A stretch of DNA of 64,000 nucleotides, from positions 80,848,001 through 80,912,000 of the forward strand of contig OZ024742.1 in NCBI GenBank assembly GCA_964016885.1, in the 5' to 3' direction. Shown piece by piece: positions 13,457 through 26,200 of the stretch (its first letter is position 1; the number at the start of each line of letters is the position of its first letter). Both the position numbers and the translations under genes were made by a program. This DNA is from Eledone cirrhosa. Taxonomy: Eukaryota. Below the pieces are notes generated by a model. The model did no database searches. It saw only the letters and a program-made list of their open reading frames with translations, and was not told the origin of the DNA.

Positions 13457-14062
13457 TAGTGGTGCCAACTCGTTTTCGAGTACGGCCACTACTTTATATC
13501 CATGTAGGTGAACCCCTACCGATGCGCTGAACGAGTGTGACTTTTTAGTCCAGCCAGCGACTTGAAAACCCTGGGGCAAACACTACACTTGTGACAATTA
13601 TTGTCACATAGAGCTGGGCCCATGGTACCATGTGACGACAAGTGCAGAGAGATCTCCAGAGATAAAGCAATGCCTGTGATGTGAAGCATTTATAGTAAGC
13701 AAATGCACTGCACAAAGCCAGTCCCACTCTCTTAACCAAGATGATATTTACCAAAAAGAAGAACAAGTCAACATCATTGGATACCATCAGGGTTGCAGGT
13801 GATATATCAGAGTTTTACTTCTCCTAGAATTCTGCCTTGACAAAGGCTAAGGGGTCATCTCTCCCGGTGATTTTGGATGGCCATTGACTCTTAAGAGCTC
13901 CTTTGTCTTTTGACAGGTTTGTTTTTAGTCCTGCAGGATGTCCAAGTCACCCTCCTCACCAGGGAACCTTGGTGGTGTTGCCAGTTTAGTCGCCAACGAC
14001 GCGACCATGGGACAGGATGTACTGGGATACATGTTACCAGTAGCACCAACTGATGACCTGAC
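13457..14062 (-). mobile_element. GC-richer structured repeat, probably RTE-type 5' UTR / non-autonomous derivative, inserted in (CATA)n
   Basis: Minus strand has ttagcctttgtcaaggcagaattctaggagaag, resembling RTE 5' UTR motifs; partial similarity to 23170-23370; CATA repeats on both sides. Confidence 0.45.
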
Positions 14063-14140
14063 ATACATACGTGCATACATACATACATACATACATACAT
14101 ACATACATACATACATACATACATACATACATACACACAC
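14063..14140. repeat. (CATA)n microsatellite
   Basis: Direct reading. Confidence 0.97.
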
Positions 14141-14908
14141 ATTCAACGCGATCAGTCGCACATTCTGGCGTGGGACACTATTTATTAAATTTAAGATGAA
14201 TACTATCTCCGACAGTAATGCCACAACTACAGTCATGTTGAATAACTGGTTATTCTGCTAACTATATCTACTGAAGACACCTTTTATTCGAATTCGGAGA
14301 GATATCCGACTAAATACATAATTCATTATACAAGGTTTTGCTACAAACACAACATCAGTAGAGTACCGACAAAACACGAGAAAGGTAAACAAAATTGATT
14401 CAGTTGTAGCTACAGAAGAAAGCAAACTTATAAAACGCATTTCTCTTGGGGTTGCGAACTTAATGATGAGTTATTTAATTGTTATAAAATGGAAAAAAAT
14501 GCCTCCAATGGTTAATTGAAGAGAAAGAAGCTACAGTGGGACGAAATGCTCCCAGAGCTAAATTATTTCACAGCGAAACAATTACGCCAACAAGAGACGT
14601 TTGTTGAACGTAAAAATAAGATAAATACTATTGTAAGTCCCCCACAACAAACATGGGATCAACAACACGTGCTACCGGTCGCCATGCTTCCTAGCAGCCA
14701 AGTGGAACAGTGACTTGAAACAACAATGCCTGTATGAAACTTGACACCACGTGTACCATCTAAGTCTAATTCGAATGCTGGGGAAAACACTATCGATAAT
14801 AATAATAATCGAAGAAATAATAATAATAATCGAAGAAATTTGACACTACGTGTACCATCCGAGTCTACATGGACTATTGTGGAAAATACTATCGATAATG
14901 ATAATAAT

Positions 14909-15041
14909 TGTTTCTACATTAGGCACAAGGCCACCAATTACCCAGCACATTACTGGTACTTTATTTTATCGACCCCGTAAGGATGAAAGACAAAGTTAAC
15001 CTCGGCGGGATTTGAACTCAGATCATAAAGGGACGTAACTG
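14909..15041 (-). mobile_element. Truncated tRNA-derived SINE (octopus-type)
   Basis: Minus-strand B-box gagttcaaatccc followed by gccgaggttaactttg..cggggtcgataaaataaagtaccag; second copy at 61878-62040. Confidence 0.85.
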
Positions 15042-18002
15042 AATAATCGAAGAAATTTGACACTACGTGTACCATCCGAGTCTACCTCGACTATTGTGGA
15101 AAATACTATCGATAATGATAATAATCAAAATTATAAACAATTGAAAATGTCCCTGAAAGAAATCTTCCAGAGAGAAATTAATTCATGTATAAATATTTCT
15201 CTTGCTGAACGTATTAAAAGGACAATATTTAATTAAAAAAACAAATAATGAAATATTACGTGTTATTGACGAAATAGGGGATGAATATTTACGACGGATA
15301 AAAACCCCAACAGTTTGGCAAATCAACGCCTGTTTATATGCCTTAGCAACGGCAGTGAAGCATTATCTTGGAGATAGCAGAGATATTAACAAGAACAAAA
15401 CCCCACCAAAAATACCATCTTATATGACTAAAATAGAAAAGAAGTTTGCTGACCTACGAAAAACCATAGGATATCTGACAATGCTCCTTACATGCAACCA
15501 AACACAACAAAACTAACTCCTCGACAACAAGCAGTGACAATTAAAATAGAGATGATGTTTGGTGACAGTGGAACCAGAATTCTTCAATATAAGCTGATCA
15601 CTTTCTAACAAGAATTGAGAGCTGTTAGCGAAAAATGCCGATACCTGAAGAAGGTAGATGAAAGAAAAGTGCTTAATAAAAGATTCAGACGAAACCAAAC
15701 ATCAGTCTATAGAGATATGAGGGGAAAAATAATAAGTGTCACTGAGGCCCCATCTCAGCAAAATATAGTTTCCTTTTGGAGAAAAATATTGGGTGAAAAG
15801 AAGAATTTCAACCAAGATGCAGTGTGCCTAAAAGAAATCTGAAAGAACTATTGTCTCCTACACTACAGCATAAACATACGAAATAAGTGAGACTACCCTT
15901 GAGACTGTGATAGGACAATTCCAAGACAATAAAATCCCAGGAAGAGACATGATTGTCGGCTACTGGTACAAAAAACTGATATTCTATCGGAGGTATGTTA
16001 CTGACCTTTACCAACAAGTTATTAAGGGAGATATACATATACAAGAATGGTTGACATTAGCACAAACATTACTGGTCCCCAAGAACAAAGACATCCGATT
16101 GGCAAAAATCTACCGACCCATTGCATGCCATAACCTGATGTATAAGATGTATACACACTGCCTTAACCTATTCCTCCAAGATCACTGTGAACTTAATAAC
16201 ATCACAGATGAACAAGTAGCTGGAAAGAAAAGGGTGTAGGGATGTGCTGAACAACTCCTAATCAACAAAACTGCGATGTGGGAGGTGCGACAACTTAGGA
16301 GGAATATAGCTACAGCCTGGCAGGACTACAGGAAAGTTTTCGATTCTGTTCCCCACTCTTGGATGATAGAGGCACTCCAACTTGCTAAAGTACCATACAT
16401 TATTATCAGAGCCATAGAGAGGCTGTCTTCTTCTTGGGCTACTATTCTAAGGTTAAAGACAGAGATGGAGGACTCTATTTTCAGATAAAATAAAATATCG
16501 CAGGGGTATATTTCTGAGAGACAGTCTATCTGTGATATTATTCATCCTGTGATTAAACCCCTTGTCCTTTCTGCTCAGGAAATATGAAGGATACATCATT
16601 AGCTCACAGGGGGACAGAAATACGAACCTAACCCACAATTTATTTGTGGATGATCTGAAACTCTATGCCAAGAACATGGATGGGATGAAGACAAATCTCG
16701 ATCTGGTTACAACGTTCTCAAAGGATATAGAAATGGAGTTTGGCCAAGAAAAATGCTCATGTGTCACTGTAAAGTGGGGAAAACAACAACCCAATCTAGC
16801 AACATTGTCATCAATGGCCTAACTGTTTCACTGATATCTGATGAGGACTGCTACAGATACCTGGGGATAGATGAGAACATATCCTATAATGGTATCTGTA
16901 ATAAGGAACGCGTAACCAGGGAATGCTACACCCGATGAAGAAATATTTGGTCATCGGAACTCTCTGCGCAAAACAAAACAGTGGCTCACAATTTATTTGC
17001 TGTGCTTGTCCTAACACTAACGTTTGGAATACTCAATTGGACGATATACCAAATCCGAGCAGTTGATGTTACAACTCGAAAAAATACTGAACAACGCCGG
17101 AAACTTCCACATCAACAGTGACATAGACTGCCTTTACTGGAAACGTAAGCAGGGAGGCAGAGGCCTAATATCACTCCAGGCAGGATTTGAATGTCGCATC
17201 ATATCACTCCGAAAACACCTAGGAACCTCGAAGCGTAGGAGCCCGTCTCTCGAGCAAGTCTATCTGCATGAAACAGATAAGATCACGAGAGTTGGGAACG
17301 AACTCCTTGAAAGTTATTCCCTGCCTGATCAAAAACTCACAAACAGGGATTTTGCCCAGCAGTACCGCAGTGGATCCATGGATGATATTCCCTGTGTGAT
17401 AATAAACATTTCACACCAGTGAAGTCGCTCCGCTGTATCGCAGTGAATCCATGGAAGAAAACCTGCATGCTTATCAGCAAAAAATCATGCATGGATATGT
17501 TGCCAGGAAGCTCCAGTGTGAGAGTAATATAGATAAGGAAAACAACCTCTATATTGGCACCCACTTTGAAGGATACGCTTTTGCAATCCAAGAACAGGAA
17601 ATTACCACGAAATACCTGATTAACAAAAGAGATAGGATGCAGGAAAACACCTAGATGTGATAACAAGTGCAGACTCTCCAGAATTATCATCGAAGATGTC
17701 AGCCATCTCAACAGCAGCTGTCCAAAGACGTCAACATGGTACTATCTACCGATGAGGCATGATGTAGTGGCCAAAACAGTGTACAATGCAATCCGTAGAA
17801 AATATAGCCCCGATGATAAACAAATTAAAAGCTACAGCAATGTCGAAGACATAATATGAAAGAGTACTGGGGGAATGTTCCAGTAAATCCCCAATAAAAT
17901 GCAGGTATAACAGACCACATATTATTATATGGGACAGGGAAAAGAAAGCATGCAGAGTAGTAGAAATTAGCTGGCCAGCAGATGCCAGTATAATATCAAA
18001 GA

Positions 18003-21000
18003 CATCGAATGATGATGAATCCTCAAATCTCAAGGGACGGGGTTCATCTGATGGAGAAGAAACAGGTCCTAACCAAACAACAAGCAAATCTCGCTTAGTT
18101 AGCTGTAAAAAGAAAATAATAGTTAGCTCCTTGAACACCAGAACCCTCCTTCCAACAAGTAGACTCCAGAAGCTGGCAGAGAATGCCAAACTTCAGAACA
18201 TTGACATCCTTGCGGTCCAAGAACACCGCTTTTTCTACCCAAAGAATGATCTCAAGTATCACACCCTAGGATCCTACCAACTTGTCACCTCTTCAGCCAC
18301 CAAGTACCCTGTCAATGCCTCCGTCGGTGGAGTCGGCTGCCTTCTCTCATCTAAAGCCAGCAATAATCTTCTGGGAATTGAAACAATCTCTCCCAGAATA
18401 TTGGTGCTTACACTAGAGGGCAATCCTAGAACCACTGCGATATGTGTATACAGTCCTCAGAACGCCTCTCCTGAGAATGAGGTAAGAGAATTCTACACGA
18501 CCCTTCGCACAGTTGCTGAGCAAGTACCCTTACACAACTTTCTTATCATCGCTGGAGACCTCAACGCTCAACTTGGTCCGGATGAAGTAAATTTCACATA
18601 CAATAGGGTTACTAACCGAAACGGGGAATATCTCAAGGATTTCTTGGAAGAATTCAGTCTATTCAGCTCAAACAACAGCTTCATGAAGACCAGAGGCCAG
18701 CTTTGGACCTTCGAATACCCAAACCAAAAACGAGCTCAGATTGACTATTTGATATTTCGCAAGAAATGGAGAAACTCAATCAAAGATTCTAGATCTTATT
18801 CCTCCTTTAGCTCTGTTAGCTCAGATCATTGAGTCATCTCGGCAACAATCAAACTTAGCCTCAGGATATCCAAGAGGGCCGAACCTCATCCCATGAAAAG
18901 AATAGACTGGAAAGCCGTTTCTTCCAACAAACAACTATCCAATAGCTTCACGCTTCAAGTCTATAACAGATTTCAATCTCTCTCAACTTCTGACATCAAT
19001 GACGATAATATTGAAGATGTGTATGACTGTCTTAAGCAATCAACAGAGGAAGTTTCATTTGCTACCCTACCTAAAAAGAAAAGCCGAAGCCAAATGAAAC
19101 CTAGTGCCTCAGAGAGGGAGTTGAGGAAAGGGCCCATCTTAGGTCAATATCCCAATCTCACCATCAATCACCATCTCAAGGGAAAAAGATACAGCTTATC
19201 TTGGCCAAAAAATCATTAGACGACGCTTATCTTAATGCTGAAGCCGACTATATCTCAGGTAGGATTGATCAGCAATCGCAACATCACATCAGCAAACACC
19301 ATCATCTTGCTTGGAAGGTTGTCAAAGATCTTTCAGGCAAAAACTCAAACTCTGCAGTTGGAATCAAAGGAGGCTCTGCCAAAAAACGTCTTGAAAATTG
19401 GTCTGCTCATTTTAAAAACCTTCTAGGGAAAAAGGCCAGACTCCCTGATAACTATCAACTGCCATCCGTTCAGGTTTCAGAGCCTTTAGGAATCAACACC
19501 TCTCCTTTCACCATGCCTGAGCTGAAAGAAATCATCAAACAGCTCAAAGCCTCAAAAGCCTTTGGGCCGGATAATATACCTACCCTGATTTGGAAGGATG
19601 AGCATTTCCACATCCTTTTGCTCAACTTATGTAACCATACTTTCGAGACCAATAAACCACCTAGCCTCTGGCATGCAGCTCAAATTATCCCCATGCCCCA
19701 AAAAAGGAGATCTTTCTTTAGCCACCAACTATAGAGGAATTTCTCTCATGGTAATTGCCACAAAAATATACAGCAAGATTATTCTTAACCGTTTAGTCCC
19801 ATTTCTTGAGCCAAACCTTCGTAACAACCAGAATGGATTTAGGAAAGGTAGATCAACACTTAGCCAGATACTCTGCCTTCGCTGACTTATAGAGGAGTCC
19901 CAAAACCGCAATCTAGACCATGCACTCATCTTTGTTGATTTTTCAAAAGCCTTCAACTCAGTTGACAGGTCGGGGATGTTTAAAATGTTACAACTCTATG
20001 GGATTCCTTATAAAATCCTCGCAGCCATACGTATAATGTATACAGATACCAAATCAACTGTCCTGACCCCAGATGGGGAAACACCACCTTTCTCAATCCT
20101 CGCTGGAATTTTACAGGGCGATACCCTTGCAAGGTATCTATTTATCATTGTTGTGGATTATGTTTTGCGCATGTCTGTGGATAGGATTCAGTATAAGGGA
20201 TACCAACTACAGCCTAGGAGAAGCTCACGCTACCCAGCAAAATACTTGACCGACACCGACTTTGCTGACGACATCGCATTGACCAGTCGGTCACTGAAAA
20301 ATGCTGAGTCTTTTGAAGTCATTAGAGCAAGCGTCCAACTGTGTTGGACTGTACCTCAACGAATCCAAGACTGAGTATGTGAACAGATGCGAAAACAGCC
20401 CAAACTACCCCATCAGAACCCTTAATGGTACCACCCTTAAGCAGGTGGAAGATTACAAGTATCTTGGCTCATATATCTCCTCCTCCAAAAAATATTTTCT
20501 AACCAGGAAGTGTATGGCATGGTCAGCGTGCAATGACATGTACGCCATATGTACATCTCAACTTACCAACAAGCTAAAACTGGAAATATTCCAAGCAACC
20601 ATTAAGCCCATATTACTTTATGGATCCGAAACTTGGACACTAACATCACAACTTGAGAGGAGATTGGATGGCAGATATACCCGCCTCTTAATGAGAGTGC
20701 AAAACCTATCCTGGAAACGACATCCCACCTTGTCTAAAATCTATGGCGAACTCCCTCGAGCCTCTGCCCTTCTCAAATCCCGGAGAGCTCAATATGCTGG
20801 CCACTGTCACCGTGCCAGCAATGAAATCATATCCGCTCTCTTGCTCTGGAACCCTGACTCCAGCCTGACTAGAAGTAGGAAGCTGTCATTCCCTGACGTT
20901 ATCTCTAGGGATACGGGAATCAGTAGACAGAACCTGGGGGCAGCGATGGGGGACAGGGAATTCTGGGGCATGAGAGTGAGATCCATCATCTCGACAGTAG

Positions 21001-21022
21001 TCGACGAGTGATGATGATGATG
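18003..21022 (+). mobile_element. RTE/RTEX-like LINE (APE endonuclease + RT), nested in the R4-like LINE
   Basis: 13-bp TSD ataatatcaaaga (17990-18002 and 21023-21035); (TGA)n tail; EN motifs NTRTL, AVQE, GDLNA, IDY, SDH; RT motifs YRGISL, QNGFR, DFSKAF, GILQGD, FADD, YKYLG. Confidence 0.95.
18131..21011 (+). pseudogene. EN-RT polyprotein pseudogene of the RTE-type LINE
   Basis: ORF-track pieces 18131-18832, 18893-19219, 19201-19734, 19598-19885, 19976-20374 and 20301-21011 join into one disrupted ORF. Confidence 0.92.
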
Positions 21023-21299
21023 ATAATATCAAAGATAAGCGAAAAGGTGAATATTTATGCAGAACTGATGAAAAATCTGCAGATACTCCACCCTGATTGC
21101 ACCTTCAGACTTATGTCTGTGATTATTGGGGCACTGGGTTATGTTAGTAACTGCCTCAATACAAATCTTTAGAAGCTGGTTTTCACAGAAACAGAAAGAA
21201 GACAACTAGTTAGGAAATTACAAGTACAATCCATTAATGGAATAGTAAAAATATGTAAAACATTCCAAACATTTTCCATCTAAAAACTGCATAATTGTT

Positions 21300-21906
21300 G
21301 CCAGCTGCGAAATAATGTCATCTCTCTACTACCTCCCAATGAGACACGATGGGATAGCTGGAACCATCTGGAACGCCCGTCGGAAAACAAAATAAAAAAA
21401 AACAAGGAAGAATATATTGAGAGAGATGGCACTAAGGAATACTGGTGGAACCTGAAAATAATAACTGCCACCAAATTAAAGCACAATCTGCCTGATATTG
21501 TTGTTTGGGACCACACATTGAAAACGTGTTCTGTTGTGGAGATCAGCTGCCCACATGATGTAAACGTTGTCAGAAAAATACAGGAGAAGGAGGACATATC
21601 CGGACCATGGATGAGGAGTTTACAGATCCAGTATCCAAGATACACCTTTAGCATCATACCCATCATTATTGGAGCTACGATTTATATACCAACCCGCTTG
21701 GACCAATGTATGACTGAACTTGGATTTGCGGACAAAGAACGCAGCTCCCTAATTCATAGTCTACCAATGGCTGCGATAGCTTGCACCTTCAAAATTTGCA
21801 AAACCTTCTTGCGATTATAGGTATGACAATTTCTCTTCTTTTACAACCTTGAAACCATGATAGTGGCCGGTCAAAAATATACTCGAAATTAAGAGAAAGA
21901 GAGAAC
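21300..21906 (+). mobile_element. 3' fragment of a second R4/Dong-like subfamily (RLE domain)
   Basis: EYWWN..HNLPDIVVWD..CSVVEISCPHDVN..KIQEKEDI; ends gagaa|catacg. Confidence 0.85.
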
Positions 21907-23169
21907 ATACGTACTTTCCTATAAACAATCATGTATATCTTTCCAATATGTTAAGGCAAATATTTAGTTATGTCTACCAAGTTGAAAATGCAATAAATCG
22001 TAAATATATACTTATAATGATATGCGCAAATGCTCATCTCTCTTACTATGATACTTCGTGGTACATTAGTGCATGTACACTCATATATGTACATACACAT
22101 ATATATTTATGTCTCCGTATTTATACATATATGTTTGTAAGTATTTACTTATGCATGTATGTGCGTATGTATGTACTCATATATGTATGTATATACGTAA
22201 GTACGAACATATGCATGTACGTATGTATGTGTGTATGCATGTATGTAAGCAGGCACGTATGGATGTAAGTATGTAGGTACGTATGTACGTACATATGTAT
22301 GTACGTATCTATGTATGTGTGTATGTATGTTTGTTTATACATGTTTATAGGACGAGAAATACTTAGTGCTCATGAAACTATTTCAGGAAAAGGTTTATTC
22401 TTCTTAATGATATTAATGACAGAATTAAATGTCAACTTCAAGGGATGTTTGACTATTCAATGTGACGATATAGTGTATATTATATTCTATGAACACTTTG
22501 GGAATTATTATGATGGAGATCAATTGATAATATTAGAAATTAACAATTAGACACACAATTCAAACTGCGGTGATTTCATCGACCGATAACTACATGAAAA
22601 GCTTGCAATCGCTGGTGTATAGAATGCAGATGTCTGAGTAAATTGATATGTATATACTCTAGTCTATTTTGTAAAGGTATTACTTGCAGAATAACAAACC
22701 GATAATAAATATACACAAGAATAGGAAGAAATCAATCATAGGAAATTGACCAGAATACAACTAAAATAAACACATTTCGTGCTATGGTCGCCGGGTATCA
22801 GATAAAATTAAGATACATCAATTAATTTCATGCTAAATCTTTCATTCCAACGTAACATTTGTACAAAATATAAATTGTTAATGATTCATTACAGAGTCAT
22901 GGTTGTGGGCGAGGATATATAATATCTACAAAATGAAATGATATTTGAAGGCAGATTAAAATTGAGAATATACATATAACCTGGTCTTCTGTGGTATGAA
23001 ATGTTAGCTAAGAGTTCAGAAACTTTTCGCATAAATAAGCCGGGTTGTCATATCTGGATTTATTTCAAATCTGAATCGTGATAGTAATTGTGTTGCGAAG
23101 AAGATACTTCGTGGGTCTTCGGGGGCAAAAAGAGGAACAACATTCGTATGAATTTTTGTTGTGAATATA

Positions 23170-26100
23170 TTAAATAAACAATCCTGGCCCAAATCCCAGG
23201 ATGCCCTTTGGCAAGGCACCTGGTAGCCACCCGTGCAGGATTACACCAAGATCCATTTCGTAAACCAGAATGGTGATTAAGCTGAAAAATGGACACTGAT
23301 AAACAGTTCTCTCATTTTTCAGTATTTGTTCGCCTAGCGAAGACACTAGTCATCAGGCAAAGGTATGGGAACTCTGCCTCTATGAGTGGAGCACTGTTCC
23401 AGTGAAATTCATTCGAAGTCACCACACTATTTCTTATAATAGAAAACATGACTGCTGCAAACAATATATCCACGTTGGGAGCCCGCGATCCTCTTTTCCT
23501 ACATGAAAGATCAACGTATTATGTAGATTACGTTCTAAATCTGACTGAATAAGCAGCCTCTGATGTCTGTATAAAGAGGGGTGACTATCTCGAATAAAGA
23601 GACCTACCATCTTCGAAACTCTTAACTAGCACTCACTCACATCCTTTTGATTCTCTGAAGAGTGAAAAAATATATCGTTGCCTATAACATTGCGATTAGA
23701 GATGTTAAAGATCACCGATTATCTACAAAGAAAATGATCCAGGCATAATCGATAATAACATCGGCAAAGGGCCTCTTTTTACTGCATCAGCATAAAACAT
23801 GACATCGTGTCTTCATTTGAGCAGTGGGTTTGGCAGTACACATAAACCTATTTTCTCTACTTTCAAAGGTAAACAAGCTGAATGACAGGATTGTCACAGC
23901 AGCATTCAAAGAAACTCCAAAAGCTGTAATCACAATATGCTATTCACGGCACTATCATCCACCAGAAGAAGTAGAACAGTTTTACAATAAATCAGTGTTA
24001 CTCTTTTTGACGTCCCCCACATGCCATGCTAATTATTGGCAAGTCCTTTAACGTCCAAATTAGAGACAAATTATTATACCAGCAGTGTACAAAAGAAACG
24101 GAATATTTTTACAAGACTTTCTAGATCAGCATATCCTAGCTGGGAATAACATTTTCCAGAAGCCGAAACGGAAACTGGATTTTAAGACATTCAACTCACT
24201 TTAACCTTTGCAGGAAAATATGGAGAAACAGTATTGACGATTGTCAGGAGACGATAACAATATCATCACTGACAACGGTAAACTCAGACTCCTCTTAGAT
24301 GGGAGATCCAATAATAAATAGCTTTACAGAGAGGTGCTAAAGGAAGACGTCAATCTGGCAAGAACAATTCTCAACTCAAATACTCTGAAATGTGATACAT
24401 TGCTAGTCGAAGGGATAAATTATACTTTATTTGATTCCATCTTTAATTAAATGGCTTAAGTAATCTTACATAGACGCCCACGTTGAACCACCCCAACTAT
24501 CGGATGTGCAACAAAGTCTACTATCAGAAGCTACAGATTAAAATTTATAGATTGACATGTAAAACGTCGCCTGAAAAATCAGTGCTAAAACTTCGATCAT
24601 CTGCCGGATTTGGGGAATAGTAACAACACAGCTAGACAAACTAGGATATTGATTAAAGAACTGCCTAATGAGAAGTCTAAGAAGAATTTGATATATATCC
24701 ATGGAGAATAAAACAGCGTTGGAAATTTGAGCGAGCAAATTCACAAGCTCCTCCCTGTAATCATTGTGAGCCTGGTGTAGTGATTGATCTCGAATGTGAA
24801 ATCCATCCAGAGATAAGAATCACTGAACTCTATAGCAAAACTGGAAAATGGACTAAAGTCAATGAAGTCAATCATCCTGTGCTTGAAGGCCTCACTATAT
24901 GCTTCTGTAAATATATATCGCCAGTTTCTTGGAGAATTCAGCATTGAAACCTTTGAACGTCTCTTTTCTGAAGGAGAGCGAATATCAGGAAGTGTCCCAA
25001 TACACAGAAAATATAACTTCCCCATTTTGAGCAACCATTGAGTCATCAATCTCATAAACATTGCAGAAAATACTTCCATTAGAGTGATCCACAATAGAAT
25101 CAAGCCAAGTATCTATAACGCTTTACGTCTCAGAGAAGAATTATTGACAAAGTTAGGAATCACAAAATGGTGTCAGAATTTATAATTAATATATTTCAAG
25201 AAGGCTTTTGACCGAAAGAAGATGAACAATTTTTTTTCTGGCGTATAGGATAGCTCATCAAATTACGAATGCAATTAAAGTCATGTATGAGAATACTGCA
25301 GCACTGAAAGAGATAGCCTGATGTATCTCAGACCTATTCCGGATTTACACCAGTGTCGCCTATGTAGAGACTCTACCCACATTCCTTTTTTTCTGGATTA
25401 TGCACTGCGTAGTATGATTTCACTATCAGATGAGATAAAGTTGAAAAGTATCGGATATCTAGAGGGAATTCTACCTGACATTGCTGATGCAAATGTCAGC
25501 TTTCTTGGAAAACACTAGCAAAAGAAGCTGAGGGCGTTTTAAGCAGAGTGGGAGCTGCAGTAGATTTCATTGGACCCTTCCTGAATGGTAACAAAACAAA
25601 CTTCGTGCATTTCAAATATCAAATGATCAATATCAGTATCAAATACACTATCAAATTATGAAATACATGGGGGTGAAGAAGTGCCAGGAAGTCCCAGTTG
25701 AGGGAAGACGCAGTAGAGGTAGATCACGAAAAATATGGACACAGGGAGAGCCAACTATCGGAGGTATGGGTGTCTCTGATAAACAAAAAACAAGTCCATT
25801 CTCTTCTGCCGATGTGAGATATGAACATTAAGAAAGGCACTCACAAGCGGGTTGAATAACACATTGATACGAGTGCTTAGAATGGTCCAGAGCATTCCTG
25901 GAAAGCACAGATAAATCGCATTATGGTTCACAGCAATGCCTTTCTGATAACATAAAGCGCCGGGAACTCGTATTAACCGGGCATGTAAAACGCTGGAATA
26001 AACGTGCTGGCACAGTTCTTTTCAGGAAACCAGATATATGGAGACGAGTCAGGAGAGGAAACATCTCTCGGAAAGATGTCCTTGATCATTATACGGGGCT

Positions 26101-26200
26101 GTACATTAGGAAAAATTAGGTAGCAAATCTGGACAGGGTCTGTTACAGGAGGAACTTTCTCAATGCAGATGTAACGTATGTGGAAAAAAACTAGATAGAA
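23170..26200 (+). mobile_element. Old, heavily decayed RTE-type LINE
   Basis: Remnants KLNDRIVTAAF..VITICYS (EN), FKKAFD, LDYALR and a C-terminal region colinear with 18131-21011. Confidence 0.65.

Larger units (their letters stand above)
14141..21290 (+). mobile_element. Near full-length decayed R4/Dong-like RLE LINE, interrupted by a SINE and an RTE-type LINE
   Basis: KIPGRD, YRPIAC, DYRKVFDSVPH, FVDDLKLY, RYLG, GGRGL, CRL..H..C knuckle, RHD, RPHIIIWD..VEISWPAD; resumes at 21036 with ISEKVNIYAELM. Confidence 0.92.

Noticed and set aside
14035-14062. CTGATGA as hammerhead or C/D-box motif (also 11134, 16858, 21065)
   Set aside because: No paired stems or downstream GAAA..UH; chance matches, mostly in LINE coding sequence
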